A stretch of 64,000 nt of DNA from Tetramitus jugosus (GCA_937625935.1 OW569358.1:310001-374000); one strand, 5' to 3'; shown: positions 10,896 through 22,563, counted from the stretch's first letter. Program-made: numbers and translations. The notes: generated from the letters alone by a model not told the origin.

Positions 10896-13693
10896 TTATT
10901 GGTGCTGTGAGTCTGGATTATTTGCATCTTTTCGTCTCTTCGCGTCTGGAGATGGCAGTATGTGTGAAGATGATTCATCTCTTGATCTTTTTGAACCATG
11001 TGCATCACTAACCTGTTGCTGTGCTCTCGGTATTGGAGATTGATTTAAATACTGAGGAGGAACTGGTAAATCTCGATGTGGTTGGGGATGCGGATGATGA
11101 ATTGGACGGTGTAAATGAGGAGCATCAGATTGATGATGAATCGGCCGGTGCACATGTTGCGCCTGTGGATGCATACGTTGATGGTGAGGTGGTTGGTAGT
11201 GTTGAGGGAGGTGATGATACTGAGGTTGCATTTGATGTGCAGGGGGATGAGCATAGTGCAAAGGAGGTTGTGGACCAACATGGTGCATGCCGTGGTGAGA
11301 TGGATTAGCAAATCCTCTATTCTGTACATGAGAATCTTGTGGGTAACCTCCTCTCTGAACATGATGCTGTTGTTGATGGTGTGGATGATGTTGGTGATGA
11401 TGCTGGTGGTACGGAGCGTACCGAGGATGATGATGTGCATGATGGTGTCGCTGTTGCTGCTGATGTTGTTGCGGTGGAGGTTGATTTCTAAAGTCTTGCT
11501 TTGGTAATTGAGTAGTATCAACGTCAGCAATTAGCTTCTTAATATTCAGATATCTCTCTCTATGACCTTCGTCCACGAACCATAGATTGCCCATTTGATA
11601 TCTCGTTCTTTCATATGACACTTTCTGCAAAGATCCATTATTGAGCAGTATTGCCGATCTGAATAAATCACTAGGAATTAAGAAGTTGATCGAAGCATTG
11701 CATAACTCAAACATACGGAGACCTGCGTGCATCAATGACATAAGTTCATGGAAAGTACTTGAAGTCCAATCATTTGTTCGGAATCCGCCATCATGTTGCT
11801 TCGGTTCATAAGACAAATTCGTCAGCTCCAGAATCTTGGATTTCTCATTGACATCAATCTGGAAGAATGAAGCAAACATGCTCTCTAGCTCCCAATCATA
11901 TACCCGGAATCGAGGTTCTTGTGGCAAAATCTCCATTTTCATCGCTAAATAAACACATACAATTGGCCACAGAGTTCTATCAATCTTTGGCAATACAGAT
12001 GCAAGTGCTTCTGCCGACTTGCTCTCGCCCAGCTTCCAAATCGACGTAAACAAGTGCAAATTATCATTTTGTTCAGTCGTATTGTGAAATAGTTGCTGGT
12101 ATAGGGTTGAATCGATTGTATTCTCGTGTAACACATATTGACCATCTATAATTAATCCCTCTTCGATTGATACGGATTCTCGAGGCTCATCAGGCAACGT
12201 GTACTGGTTCCAAGGACTATTGACATGGAAGAAATGATAGGCAAAAATTTGCCTCCGGATCTGGGTCCACAATTGATTTGCTCCCTTCAATGCTGGATCT
12301 TCAATCAAAATGTTCAATTGAATCGCTTTGTTCGTTGTTAAATCAATCAGATCAGAATCAATGCTCAAACTTTTAAATGATTCAATAATGTCAGCTCGCT
12401 TATCCTTATTCTTCTCACTCTCTTCAATAATCCAATCATAATCAAAGAATTTACTCTTGGCGTCCAATTTATCAACATCAAAATCATCATAAATTTGTTT
12501 GGTCACTTCCAACAGTTGTTTTTGGTTTGCAGTGTCATTCTTCATGATCGCCTTATGAAACACTTCAAACAATCGATCCTTTAGTGACAAATCTGTATCG
12601 CTCGATATGTTGTCATTAATAAATTTCGCAATTTGCTCCATTTGATGCACTCGTGGATATATTTTGTCCAAATATGCATGGAACTCTTCAATTCCTTTAC
12701 CAGTATTGTAATCATTCTTCGAAAGACAAGCCAGTCCGTTCAATAGTTGAACCGAGCTCAAATTCAATCGATTGGCCAACATTTGATTCGTTGTACAAGC
12801 CAACCAAATTTCCATATTGTCCTTAAACTCAATATCTCTCAGCGTAATACATCCAGCAGATGGGAAAATGAAGAAATCAGAGTCATTGGTCACAACATAG
12901 CAGTTATCTTGACTTGCATACTTGGCCAACATGAAATCTGCTTCGTACGGAGCTTGAATAATCTCAATTTGATCTCGTGAAAACGACTGAACAGCACACA
13001 AAAATGCCTGTTTGACAAATGGAGGCAACGTCGATGTTCTCATATTATTGCTTCCATTTCCTCCATCTTGCCTCATTGGTCTACGATGATATGTAAACAT
13101 GTATCGATTCAGATCAATGTCTAACAAGTGCAATCACCAAACACCATCATACAACAAGAACAATAGCAAGAACCATAATGAGCATTCAACGAAACAAACA
13201 ACACCAACAACAACAATAATAATAAAATCAAGCATAGAAAAGGAGAGACACAAAACACGTACAAGCTTGTTTCCTCTTTGTTGTCGTTGCTTGTTTCTTC
13301 TCTTCTTGACAACCATCGAAAATGATGACGAGCTTCACTTGCTTGTACTTTACCCAAGCTCTCAAGTATTGAGCGATCCGAGATGCAACAACCAAGTAAT
13401 CCCCTCCATTTAACCAACACAATGGAAACTTGTGAAGATTCCTGCTTTCAAACAAGTGAAACAACAGTGCAAATCCATCAAACTGTATGAGAGAGGAAAT
13501 GTAAATGTAAATTGAATGAAACCAATCAAAAAAACAAAGAGTTTGAAAATTCAACACTTGTTGAACAACGTACGAGAATTTTGAGTGTTTGATTCGGATT
13601 TTGTTGATCGTGTTTTTGGACAATTGATGATAGTGATTCCTTCACTTTGGGCAGTTCATTGTTCACAAATGCCGTCAATAGCTGTATGCCCAT
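10896..13693 (-). CDS. Asteroid/FAM120-like PIN (XPG-type) domain protein with His/Gln/Pro-rich tail. Exons 13693..13574, 13482..13263, 13120..10896
   Basis: Spliced protein reads MGIQLLTAFV...ILFDGFALL...GGDY...IIFDG...EADFMLA...VTNDSDFFIF...KNDY. Two GTACGT..YAG introns keep the frame. Confidence 0.85.
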
Positions 13694-13825
13694 GTCTCTT
13701 CTTTCTTCTTTGTTTTTGAGTGTTGTGCTTGATCTTTTAATTTCCCTCCTTGAGTAATCTTCCGCTCCGTCTTTTCGGATAAATACCACCCCAGAAACAA
13801 TTGTGAGAATTCGAGTCAGAACTGA

Positions 13826-14197
13826 ATGATGCATGCAATTCCTTTTCGATCGTTTGGCTGGAAATATCAAGTCATTTGCTTGTACAGAAGAATATTGAAG
13901 CTTCATCAAACAAAGCTCTCTCCTCCTCAGCGCATGATTGGTGATGCCTATGTGAGAAATGAGTTCAATTTGAACAAGAAGGCCAACGAGAAGCAAGCAA
14001 AGGAATTTATGAATGAATGGAGGAGTTATTGTCAAGAGATTGAAAACCAAGATTCTGTGTTTGGTAGAGATATGGATCCTGAGGTTGTTGAACAGTTGGA
14101 TGATGATATGAAGCAACAATTGTTGAAGTTGAAGGAAGAAGCAGAGGCATATGTGGAGAGCATGAGACAACAAAGAGAATCAAATGAGAACAGTTAA
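13826..14197 (+). CDS. SDHAF3: Succinate dehydrogenase assembly factor 3 (ACN9, LYR family)
   Basis: LYRRILKLH..L....R.IGDAYVRNEF..N and F..EW..Y signatures. Confidence 0.88.
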   Translation: MMHAIPFRSFGWKYQVICLYRRILKLHQTKLSPPQRMIGDAYVRNEFNLNKKANEKQAKEFMNEWRSYCQEIENQDSVFGRDMDPEVVEQLDDDMKQQLLKLKEEAEAYVESMRQQRESNENS

Positions 14198-14304
14198 CTG
14201 ATGTTCGAACCTTGAATATTTATTTACTCTCCAGAGTATAAGCTTGTTATAAATTATCTGATTGTTTGAATAGGAAGATTGAACATTCTGGTTTGTTCGA
14301 TCAG

Positions 14305-15075
14305 TTATGAAGCTTGCTTCTTGTCATTCATTTCCTTTGTAGCATTCTCAATTGCTCTCTTCCTCAATCGTTCTTCCTCAATCTTTCTCTCCTCTTCACT
14401 ACGGAAGAATGTATGATAATATCTTCTGAATCTTTGCCTCCATGTACCAGTAATCACATGATCAGATCCTTCAATCGTCTGAAACAGTTTATAGTATCCT
14501 CGAGGGAAGAAATCAGGCCTATAAACAAATGTGCTCATAATAATACAACAGCTCAGACAGAAAATAAAGGTGTCCAAATGATTTCTCACCAGAACGAGTG
14601 GCAAGCTGTTCGATTCCCGAACATTGGCAAAATTCTTGTCATAGAGTCGACTGGCCAAAGCGGCACAGGCACGAGCGAACAAGTACATTCCAATATCCGA
14701 CCATCTATCCTTCTTGTCCAACAACATGCTGCTTCCAGCGACCGTACCAGCCACAAAGATCTTCATACCTTCATTCTTGTTTCGATCCTTCTGGAGAACA
14801 CTGAGAGCATAGTACACGACCCGGAATAAGCCATTGAAAGAACCCAAAAACATTCCAAAATGCACACTGTCCCTTCCCAGATATTCCTTTAGTAGTTCTG
14901 GTCTCCTGAACACCCTCCGAAACAGCACTCCGAGCACAAGCTTCCAAGTAGCTTGAATTCCATAACCAACAACAAAACCTCTGATAGCTCCCTTGAGTAT
15001 TTGTTTGACTGGCTCTTGTTTCAACAGTGTGAGAAACTGAGTGGCTTCTGCAGTATTCTTTGTCAAGACTGGCAT
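14305..15075 (-). CDS. TMEM135/PXMP4-like (Tim17-superfamily) membrane protein
   Basis: RGFVVGYGI, FGMFLGSFNGLF, FVAGTVAG and MYLFARA motifs, with several hydrophobic helices. Confidence 0.75.
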   Translation of the reverse strand: MPVLTKNTAEATQFLTLLKQEPVKQILKGAIRGFVVGYGIQATWKLVLGVLFRRVFRRPELLKEYLGRDSVHFGMFLGSFNGLFRVVYYALSVLQKDRNKNEGMKIFVAGTVAGSSMLLDKKDRWSDIGMYLFARACAALASRLYDKNFANVRESNSLPLVLVRNHLDTFIFCLSCCIIMSTFVYRPDFFPRGYYKLFQTIEGSDHVITGTWRQRFRRYYHTFFRSEEERKIEEERLRKRAIENATKEMNDKKQAS

Positions 15076-15094
15076 TTGAGTGATTTGGTGGTTT

Positions 15095-15106
15095 TTTCGC
15101 GCCAAA
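15095..15106. promoter_or_regulatory. Double E2F-type element TTTCGCGCCAAA in a divergent promoter
   Basis: Exact match to the overlapping inverted E2F site consensus. It lies in the 113-bp gap between head-to-head ATGs at 15075 and 15189. Confidence 0.5.
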
Positions 15107-15188
15107 TGGATGAATATCTCCGATGGAGTTTTTTTCCGGCGTGATCCCATCGGAAGAAAACACAGCAACAGCAATCAATCATGCACTC

Positions 15189-18100
15189 ATGAGCAAAGTG
15201 GCAACACCAACAGCAAAAAGTGCCCAACAACCATTGGTAAATGATACTGCTATCAACAACAACAACAATGATGATATTCATCCCATTGGTGAAATTTTTG
15301 ATGCCAAAACAAGTGAACTTGAAGCACGATATGAGCAATTATTGAATCAATTGAGTCAACTTGAATCTCAATCAAGAATCTTGTCCTCTCAAGAAGGATC
15401 ATACACTTTGTATCCATCATCAATGGATCTTGATTTTGATGTCGAGAACGATGAGGATGAGAATGACCACAAGACTGCTGCTGCTGCTGCTGCTCAACCA
15501 ATGGTGAAAAAGGCTGATGAGGGAACGTTACTGAGACTGAAAATTGAAGGAACGTACAGACAGTTACAAGAGCTTCGACAATTGATTGATCTTCGAACGT
15601 ATTCAAAGAGAGCATTTGAACAATACTTTTTGTTGGAACCGAATGGATTGATTGATTTGCAAGTAATGAGAGACAAAAATGTAGTGTTGAGTACAGAAAT
15701 GGCCAATAGTCGAAAAATGGAGCTCTATCAAATCATGAATCGCTTTTCTGAACACATATTTGAGCAGAGTGAAGCAGAGAAGAGAAAAATGGAAAGAATT
15801 GAGAGATTAACGACATATATTACGGGACTTCAAAAGAACCAGTTTGAAGAAAGACTCAAGGAACGCCTATCTGCTTATTATGTTCTTTCTAGCGAAACAT
15901 CCAATATTGAAATTCAAGAGCAATTAAAAGAGTTAAAAGTCTCGTTGAAGAAGCTCAAGGAATCATATTCGCGCGCACAAAAAGAACATAGACTCCTGCA
16001 GGTAACAAAAATGAAAATTGAATCTGATCGATTGAACTCTGTCAGAGATCCCTATAACCGGTTTACAGGCTCTCGTAGATTTGGATCCAACAGATCCAAA
16101 ACGGACAAGGGAGGAATCATATTGAAAGAAGATTTCTCGACTGCTTTCGAAATGAATGTTTTATTGTCTGACCTTGAACTGTATCACTTTCACTTGCAAG
16201 ATCTTCGGCTGAAGATCACTGATGTCCAAGAGGAAATTGATTCGCTGTCAGCTACAGTACGAAAAACATCTCGGAAGGATAATGTTAAGTCATTCTCCAA
16301 AAAGAGAGATGCAAAACAAAGTGAAGACGAAAAGGAAAGTCAGAAACGCGAGAATTGGTTGTCTTATTTGAACTTTGAAGACTTCAATAATCCCGATCAG
16401 AAAAATTTATTCATTCAAAATGCAGAAATGAGGCTGTATCCTCGGAATGAGGCTATTCGGCGTCAATTTGAACGAACTGTTCATGGTCACGCCTTCAGTG
16501 GTAATTATATGAAGCTATACTCGAATCCTGATTTTTGGAAGGTTTGGTATGAAAAAAGAAAAGTTCACGAATACGCAAGAATGCTTCATACCAAATACAA
16601 CCCAAATGAAGGAGATGAATTTAATTTAAGTATCACTCCAATGCTGACAAATACAGTTTTGAACGCTGATCTATTGAACACGAATCCAGTTTTGGAGCCG
16701 ATTGCACACCAAGAAGAAATTGATCAGTATCACTCGATATTTTTCTTTGACGAGGATATGCTCCCAACGATTGATTTTCATCGAATATATTCACCTCAGT
16801 CAGACAAAACCCAGCAGGCATCATGGAGAGACAATTATTATCGATATGTATATCGGCAGGCTCCGATTGAACCTAAAGAGGATAAATTAAATGTCAAACA
16901 AGATGCTGTGATCTTAGTCCCAACACGGTCTGAACCAAAGTTGTGGTTTCAAGTCTACCAAACTCGTGTAAGGTTATTACGATTAACACTAACGAGTGAG
17001 CAAAACAATCCTACCGCATCATTGATTAAGAGAGCATATGATGAATATGTCTATGCACTCTGCAGAATTAGCCATCAAAAAGGTATTGTTTCAAACATCC
17101 TTTCCAAATATTTATTATCACGAGTCCCAGATCCCAATAGAACTGAACGACGAGTCACAGAAGAAAAGGATGACACTCGCAAAACTGAGAAGTCACGGAA
17201 CAAAGTTACACTGCCAGCTCGTAATCAATCTAAACAACTAATACAACTATTGCAAAAAAGGAGGACATACTATGCATCTACCAAAGCGGTAGTAGCGAAA
17301 TATATATGTGATTGGATAGAGAAAAAATTAAAGAAAATCGCAAATCAATATCGCCATAATCGGTACAAGTTCTTGGAGAGAACTGCAACACCTGAGGGCA
17401 AGAAGAATTCAAGTATGAAAAACGCAATGATCAAATATACAATTCGCTCATTCCAGCATGCCGCATTATGTAATCCGGACAATATATTTTCGCAAATCAA
17501 ATTCTACCTCGGATTACTGTGTACTACTATTCGTTCAAAACTGCTCGGGTCATCACTTGATATCAATCAATTTTGGGAAGAATTGGATAAACAGGTAGTT
17601 TCTGTCGAATGGCCAGAAATTGACGAACCACAAGTTGAAAGCATGAAATCATACAAAACGATACTCTTGGATATGATTAGAAAGGAGATTGACTCATTCG
17701 AATTTCTTGAAGTCCCTATCGATAAAATCGATCAACGAACAGTCGATAAGTACTTGAGTGACTTCTCTCGAAAATCCAGCAGCTCATCTCTAATCAATAG
17801 TAAACAAGTACAAAAAGGGCAGACCTCATCCAACAACATTAATCAATACTTTAACACTTCAAACGATGAGATTTCGATATCATCAGTTCTTGTCGATGAA
17901 ACAGAAGAGCAGTTAAAATCTCGCTTAACTGCCTACGTTCGGATGCTAACTGGCCGCTCTGTGTCACAATTGCGCAAAAAGCACATCAAACTCTTCGTGA
18001 AGCATGAACTCAAATATTTGATCAATAACAAGCACTATACCATGTTCAGTGGAGGACTTTTTAAGCCCAGCGATACCCAGGGACCAAGGTTCCTCCCCTT

Positions 18101-18266
18101 GGTTGAGTACTCCAAATTGGAGGTTGAAAAGCGAGCACTTGCTGAGAAGCTGGAAGGATTTACAAAACTCGATGAAAAACTACGATTCATGCAAACAGAA
18201 ATCAGCCATCTCAAATCAAAGGAAGAATTCCTTGATCTCAAGCTGCGCACGAACCCCTTGTTCTGA
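15189..18266 (+). CDS. Hypothetical ~1025-aa coiled-coil-rich protein
   Basis: Long intronless ORF with heptad-rich segments and AATAAA just downstream (~18292). No family recognised. Confidence 0.75.
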   Translation: MSKVATPTAKSAQQPLVNDTAINNNNNDDIHPIGEIFDAKTSELEARYEQLLNQLSQLESQSRILSSQEGSYTLYPSSMDLDFDVENDEDENDHKTAAAAAAQPMVKKADEGTLLRLKIEGTYRQLQELRQLIDLRTYSKRAFEQYFLLEPNGLIDLQVMRDKNVVLSTEMANSRKMELYQIMNRFSEHIFEQSEAEKRKMERIERLTTYITGLQKNQFEERLKERLSAYYVLSSETSNIEIQEQLKELKVSLKKLKESYSRAQKEHRLLQVTKMKIESDRLNSVRDPYNRFTGSRRFGSNRSKTDKGGIILKEDFSTAFEMNVLLSDLELYHFHLQDLRLKITDVQEEIDSLSATVRKTSRKDNVKSFSKKRDAKQSEDEKESQKRENWLSYLNFEDFNNPDQKNLFIQNAEMRLYPRNEAIRRQFERTVHGHAFSGNYMKLYSNPDFWKVWYEKRKVHEYARMLHTKYNPNEGDEFNLSITPMLTNTVLNADLLNTNPVLEPIAHQEEIDQYHSIFFFDEDMLPTIDFHRIYSPQSDKTQQASWRDNYYRYVYRQAPIEPKEDKLNVKQDAVILVPTRSEPKLWFQVYQTRVRLLRLTLTSEQNNPTASLIKRAYDEYVYALCRISHQKGIVSNILSKYLLSRVPDPNRTERRVTEEKDDTRKTEKSRNKVTLPARNQSKQLIQLLQKRRTYYASTKAVVAKYICDWIEKKLKKIANQYRHNRYKFLERTATPEGKKNSSMKNAMIKYTIRSFQHAALCNPDNIFSQIKFYLGLLCTTIRSKLLGSSLDINQFWEELDKQVVSVEWPEIDEPQVESMKSYKTILLDMIRKEIDSFEFLEVPIDKIDQRTVDKYLSDFSRKSSSSSLINSKQVQKGQTSSNNINQYFNTSNDEISISSVLVDETEEQLKSRLTAYVRMLTGRSVSQLRKKHIKLFVKHELKYLINNKHYTMFSGGLFKPSDTQGPRFLPLVEYSKLEVEKRALAEKLEGFTKLDEKLRFMQTEISHLKSKEEFLDLKLRTNPLF

Positions 18267-18365
18267 ACTCGACGGTTTGTGAAAGATAGATAATAAAGAA
18301 CTGCTTCTTCCGCACATCAAAAAAAACAAGTTCGACATCCCAACAACACAAACAAATTGTCGAAG

Positions 18366-19736
18366 ATGACGAATCAACGGACAAGATTTGTACCATATTT
18401 GCTTGGCCTTCTTGCTGTTGTGTTGCTAGCCAACATGACTGTATTGACTCAAGCTGACTCCCCTATTGTCTGCCCTGCCAATAGACCATACTATCTCAGC
18501 AACGGTGTTGTCGACGGTGTGTGCTACTCCAGTTGCAGTAAGATTCCATTTGGTCGCTATGTTGCATCTAGCGATCCCTCTGTGTCCCCCTTCTCCTGCG
18601 TTAGTGTTCCTCAGTACAACTTCGTGAACAATGGAACACTTGACATTGCAACGAGATTGTCTTCTGGTGGTCAAGTGTGCAGAGCTGAGGATGTTGCCAT
18701 GTTTTTCTCTTGGGTATCATACGAGTATGACCCTGTTCGTATGACTGGTCTCAACATGTCTGCTGCTCTCGGTTACCACAGATTAAAGTCATGCGGACAC
18801 TGGCAAATTATCAACGAAATTCATAACGAAAATGATTTGTTGAACTCTCATGCTTCAATTGCTGTGAACGATCAAGCTGGTGTGATTGTTTTGGCTTTCA
18901 AGGGAACAGAGCTCGAAGCAAAGAGATGGAAAGAAGTATTCATCGACTGGGTGTTCTCCGACTTCTATGCCTTGTTGACTGATTGTACTTTGTCTCCTCT
19001 TTGTGATGGTACAAAAGTGCATCCTGGATTCCAAAAGAGTGTTATGAAGATCAGACACGATATCTTGAATCAAATACAAGCATATCTGAAGGCAGGCTAT
19101 CTTCTGTTGCTGACTGGGCATTCCAAGGGCGCTGCCATGAGTACCATGGCCACAGTTCTGACTACATCACACTTCACAAACGTAGTACCTAGCATCAATC
19201 GTCGTATTTATAACATTAACTTTGGTTCTCCAATGACCGGTAACAAGCACTTTACCTCATTCTACGATGCATACATCAATGATGACAGAACCCTAAGATT
19301 TGTGGATCGTTTCTTTGAAAGTTCAAAGACCACTGATGATTTGGTAACTACTGTGCCTGGATCTGTATTGGGATACACTCACGTGAAGAATCCAAGATAC
19401 ACTCATTGCGAAAAACAATACTTTGGTAATCCAAATCCAATCCCAGGTATTAGCTTCCAATTATTGCCTGAAGGAAAGTACCTTCCTGTTTGTGTTGGTT
19501 GCCATTTCCAGGAGTGTTACATGGATGGCATGATGTTTGGCAAACCAACCATCAAGCCAAAGCGTAAGTCCCATGTTTTCTCAGATCCTCTCGTTGTAGT
19601 CCCTGAACAATCAAATCAGAGCATGAGTGATACCTGTAGAGAGGTTTGCACAGATCTCTTGGGTAAGGTTCCTCAACTGGCAGAGTCAAAGAAGCATTGT
19701 CGAGTCATGTGTCGCGCCTCTCTCCAAAAAGAATAA
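18366..19736 (+). CDS. Secreted class 3 lipase (alpha/beta hydrolase)
   Basis: Signal peptide, IVLAFKGT, VHPGF, nucleophile elbow TGHSKG, NFGSP, DLVTTVP and a late His. Confidence 0.9.
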   Translation: MTNQRTRFVPYLLGLLAVVLLANMTVLTQADSPIVCPANRPYYLSNGVVDGVCYSSCSKIPFGRYVASSDPSVSPFSCVSVPQYNFVNNGTLDIATRLSSGGQVCRAEDVAMFFSWVSYEYDPVRMTGLNMSAALGYHRLKSCGHWQIINEIHNENDLLNSHASIAVNDQAGVIVLAFKGTELEAKRWKEVFIDWVFSDFYALLTDCTLSPLCDGTKVHPGFQKSVMKIRHDILNQIQAYLKAGYLLLLTGHSKGAAMSTMATVLTTSHFTNVVPSINRRIYNINFGSPMTGNKHFTSFYDAYINDDRTLRFVDRFFESSKTTDDLVTTVPGSVLGYTHVKNPRYTHCEKQYFGNPNPIPGISFQLLPEGKYLPVCVGCHFQECYMDGMMFGKPTIKPKRKSHVFSDPLVVVPEQSNQSMSDTCREVCTDLLGKVPQLAESKKHCRVMCRASLQKE

Positions 19737-19974
19737 AGTCCGCTGTCATTTCCTGATACCTCCCTCTCTTATACCTCCTTTCCTGTCGTGATCTTCGACC
19801 TTGAAACCTCCTGCGGCATGTCCAGTTTTCGCGGAGAGGACCTTCCAGCCCTGACCTAATATTCCACATGATGACGTTGTTGTGAACGTGACGGTGACCC
19901 TCTCAACAACATTCACTTCTTTGATATCCAAACAAACTCACAACGAGCGATTTTTCATTGAAAGTTGAAACAAG

Positions 19975-22563
19975 ATGACATTCACAAGAGCCATTGCCTT
20001 GCAAACTGTGTTCAACGCTCTTTCGAGCGTAACGGTCGCCTGCCATCGAATCTCTGGGGAAGACAATTGGCGCCAAACCAATTCATGTGAAACAAGAATG
20101 AAACATGTGGATGCAGAGTTGGCCAATGAGCTTTTGCAACCTCCTTCCAAACCAAGACAACCACAACAGCAAGTTTTGTTGTGTGAAAATGGTCAAGTTG
20201 ATAACAACAACAACAACACTGTCGCGACATCAATGATGATGCCTCCTAGTGTTTGGAGCAAGATTCATTTTAGTGTTTTGTTGCCTGCATTGAGAAGATT
20301 GAAGACTGTGATGCATCAGTCGCATCGCCACGATTTTTTGCAGAATGGTGTGTTATCATTGAGTGAAATGAGTCAATACTTGGATATTGTACCAGAGCTG
20401 GTCAAAGCTCTCAGGAGAACGAATCAAGTGCAATCCATTGCGCTCATATGGAACAAATTGTTGAAAAAGAGTGAAGAAGGTCACGCGCAATGTGAGACGA
20501 TCGATAGAACGGAGTTGTTTCGTTCAATGTTGGTCAATGAGTGTGGTGGCCGTAGCAGAGAAAATGGCGAACAAATGAGCTTTGAGCATGAATTTTTGAG
20601 TGCTTGGAACGAACAGATGCAATGCAGTGGAGCACCGATTGATTTGGAGCGATTCACGTGTGAAACGACACAAGAATTGTTTCATGCCATTCTACAATCG
20701 TTGCCTGACCACCCTGAACAACTGGTGCCATTCTTTAGACATTTGATTGAAAAGGTGAATCAGAATGATGTACTCGCACGATTATTGGTATTTTATTATA
20801 TTGTCGAGAGAGGTGTGCCTTTCGAGTACTTTGATGTGTTTTCAGAGGTTGGATCGTACTTTGGACGACCAGGATTGAGTGTGTACGAACGAGTTGCCCA
20901 CTATCTATTTTATCAGTTACCCTCGTGTCCATTGCAATTGGTGAATGATGAAGAACCTTCTTGTATTCCAGTTAGAACTGTATTTGATCTCTATTCTGAT
21001 TGGTATCAGAGGCCAAAGGTCGTTGAGATGGTCCTACCAAACTTCATAGGTGCTGGATTCAAAACCTCTAAATTGATACTCAATTTTATAGAGCATGTGA
21101 AGAATAAGACAAACGGTGAAATTGATTGTACGAATTGTATTTTAAAGACGCATAACGATGCTACTGCTGCTACATCAGAGTCAACAGATTGTGAGCCTGA
21201 GTATGGAGGCATACAAGGACTAGATGTCACTGTCTCGTCCTTGTCAAAAGATATGAATCAGTTACGAAAGTTTGGTCGATTAGCAATGTTTATCGATTGT
21301 ATAGGGAATGGAAATTTACAAAACTGTAAGGGAGATGCAGTGAGCACAATGAACTCTGATGACTTACTGGAACTGTGCTACGTGTTATGGAGTGAGGATG
21401 ATAGAAGAAGAGTATGGGGTCATGCACTGAGATACACTCCAAATCCAACAACAAGTTCATTCTCTCAAGATGTAACATCGGTCATCCATGCCACTTCACT
21501 ATCCATCAAGGATCACTCCACAAACAACGAGCGCAGCATCCTTGTCGGAAAATTGCAGGCTCTCTCACTAGAATGCAGAAATTGTAAGCTGTTCAGTCAC
21601 TTCCGGACCTTGTTCAACCAACCCAACAATTTGCAAACATTGTACGAGGCATCGCGCATCACACTTGATATTGAACAAAATCCATCCAATACTCATAAGA
21701 CTCCTTACTCGAGAGAAGTCCTATATTTGTGTAGGTTGTTTGTTGATCCAATGTTACCCTGCAGAATTCCAATGAGTGACATCCGTCTCGGATTTTCAGA
21801 ATTATCCGTCTCGGGTGATGGTTCTGAACGAACACTAACTATTTCATTCAGAGAAGCCAAGGACTCTATCTCATTTGCCATTCTAATGGGCAATTACTCG
21901 ACAGACAAGCAAATAGAGTTCTCGCATCAATCTGGTCAATTCATTCAAGATGATCTCGTGTACCCAGACTCCTATCTGTTAACCATATCGACAAAAGAAG
22001 AGAATGGATCGAAACGTGTGAGAGTACCAAAGATTGGGCGTGAGTGCTATGACCTTCTTGGACGCACAGCCGATCCACATGCGGGACTAGTGATTGGCTA
22101 CGGTTGCTCAGTGTTCCACTCTAGCCTTCAATTTATCCAGTTGACAGCGGCCAGTCATGGTTTCTATCAACCAGAACACTTGAGAGCTATTCAGAGTGAA
22201 ATGTTCAAAGTGAACCCATCGCTGCATCATCGACATATGTTGGCCACGTTCCACACTGACCAATTAATACAAGTCATTCACTCCAAGGAATGCACAGAAG
22301 CCATATCCTATCGCCAATACATTGTGAGCAATCCAACATTGCTTCACTTGGTAACGAACGAGCCTGCACACCAGCACTGCTTACCGTATATCAACCATCA
22401 GCAGCAACCGTCAGAAGGCATGTTTAATGACTACACGACGCGAATGGCCTTCCTCCAATATCATTATCCTGACCTCTACCCAACAAGTCAGACCAGCAAG
22501 GAACTCATCAACCCTCGTGTCAGCTTCTACGACGGCTCCAATGTCACAATTCACTCGGAATAG
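19975..22563 (+). CDS. Hypothetical 862-aa protein
   Basis: Long uninterrupted ORF with AATAAA at ~22592 and ~22605. No family recognised and the start codon is uncertain. Confidence 0.7.
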   Translation: MTFTRAIALQTVFNALSSVTVACHRISGEDNWRQTNSCETRMKHVDAELANELLQPPSKPRQPQQQVLLCENGQVDNNNNNTVATSMMMPPSVWSKIHFSVLLPALRRLKTVMHQSHRHDFLQNGVLSLSEMSQYLDIVPELVKALRRTNQVQSIALIWNKLLKKSEEGHAQCETIDRTELFRSMLVNECGGRSRENGEQMSFEHEFLSAWNEQMQCSGAPIDLERFTCETTQELFHAILQSLPDHPEQLVPFFRHLIEKVNQNDVLARLLVFYYIVERGVPFEYFDVFSEVGSYFGRPGLSVYERVAHYLFYQLPSCPLQLVNDEEPSCIPVRTVFDLYSDWYQRPKVVEMVLPNFIGAGFKTSKLILNFIEHVKNKTNGEIDCTNCILKTHNDATAATSESTDCEPEYGGIQGLDVTVSSLSKDMNQLRKFGRLAMFIDCIGNGNLQNCKGDAVSTMNSDDLLELCYVLWSEDDRRRVWGHALRYTPNPTTSSFSQDVTSVIHATSLSIKDHSTNNERSILVGKLQALSLECRNCKLFSHFRTLFNQPNNLQTLYEASRITLDIEQNPSNTHKTPYSREVLYLCRLFVDPMLPCRIPMSDIRLGFSELSVSGDGSERTLTISFREAKDSISFAILMGNYSTDKQIEFSHQSGQFIQDDLVYPDSYLLTISTKEENGSKRVRVPKIGRECYDLLGRTADPHAGLVIGYGCSVFHSSLQFIQLTAASHGFYQPEHLRAIQSEMFKVNPSLHHRHMLATFHTDQLIQVIHSKECTEAISYRQYIVSNPTLLHLVTNEPAHQHCLPYINHQQQPSEGMFNDYTTRMAFLQYHYPDLYPTSQTSKELINPRVSFYDGSNVTIHSE

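Noticed and set aside
13526-14173. 215-aa minus-strand ORF as a single gene
   Set aside because: It is a chimera of the SDHAF3 antisense frame and the true first exon of the Asteroid-like gene (ATG 13693).
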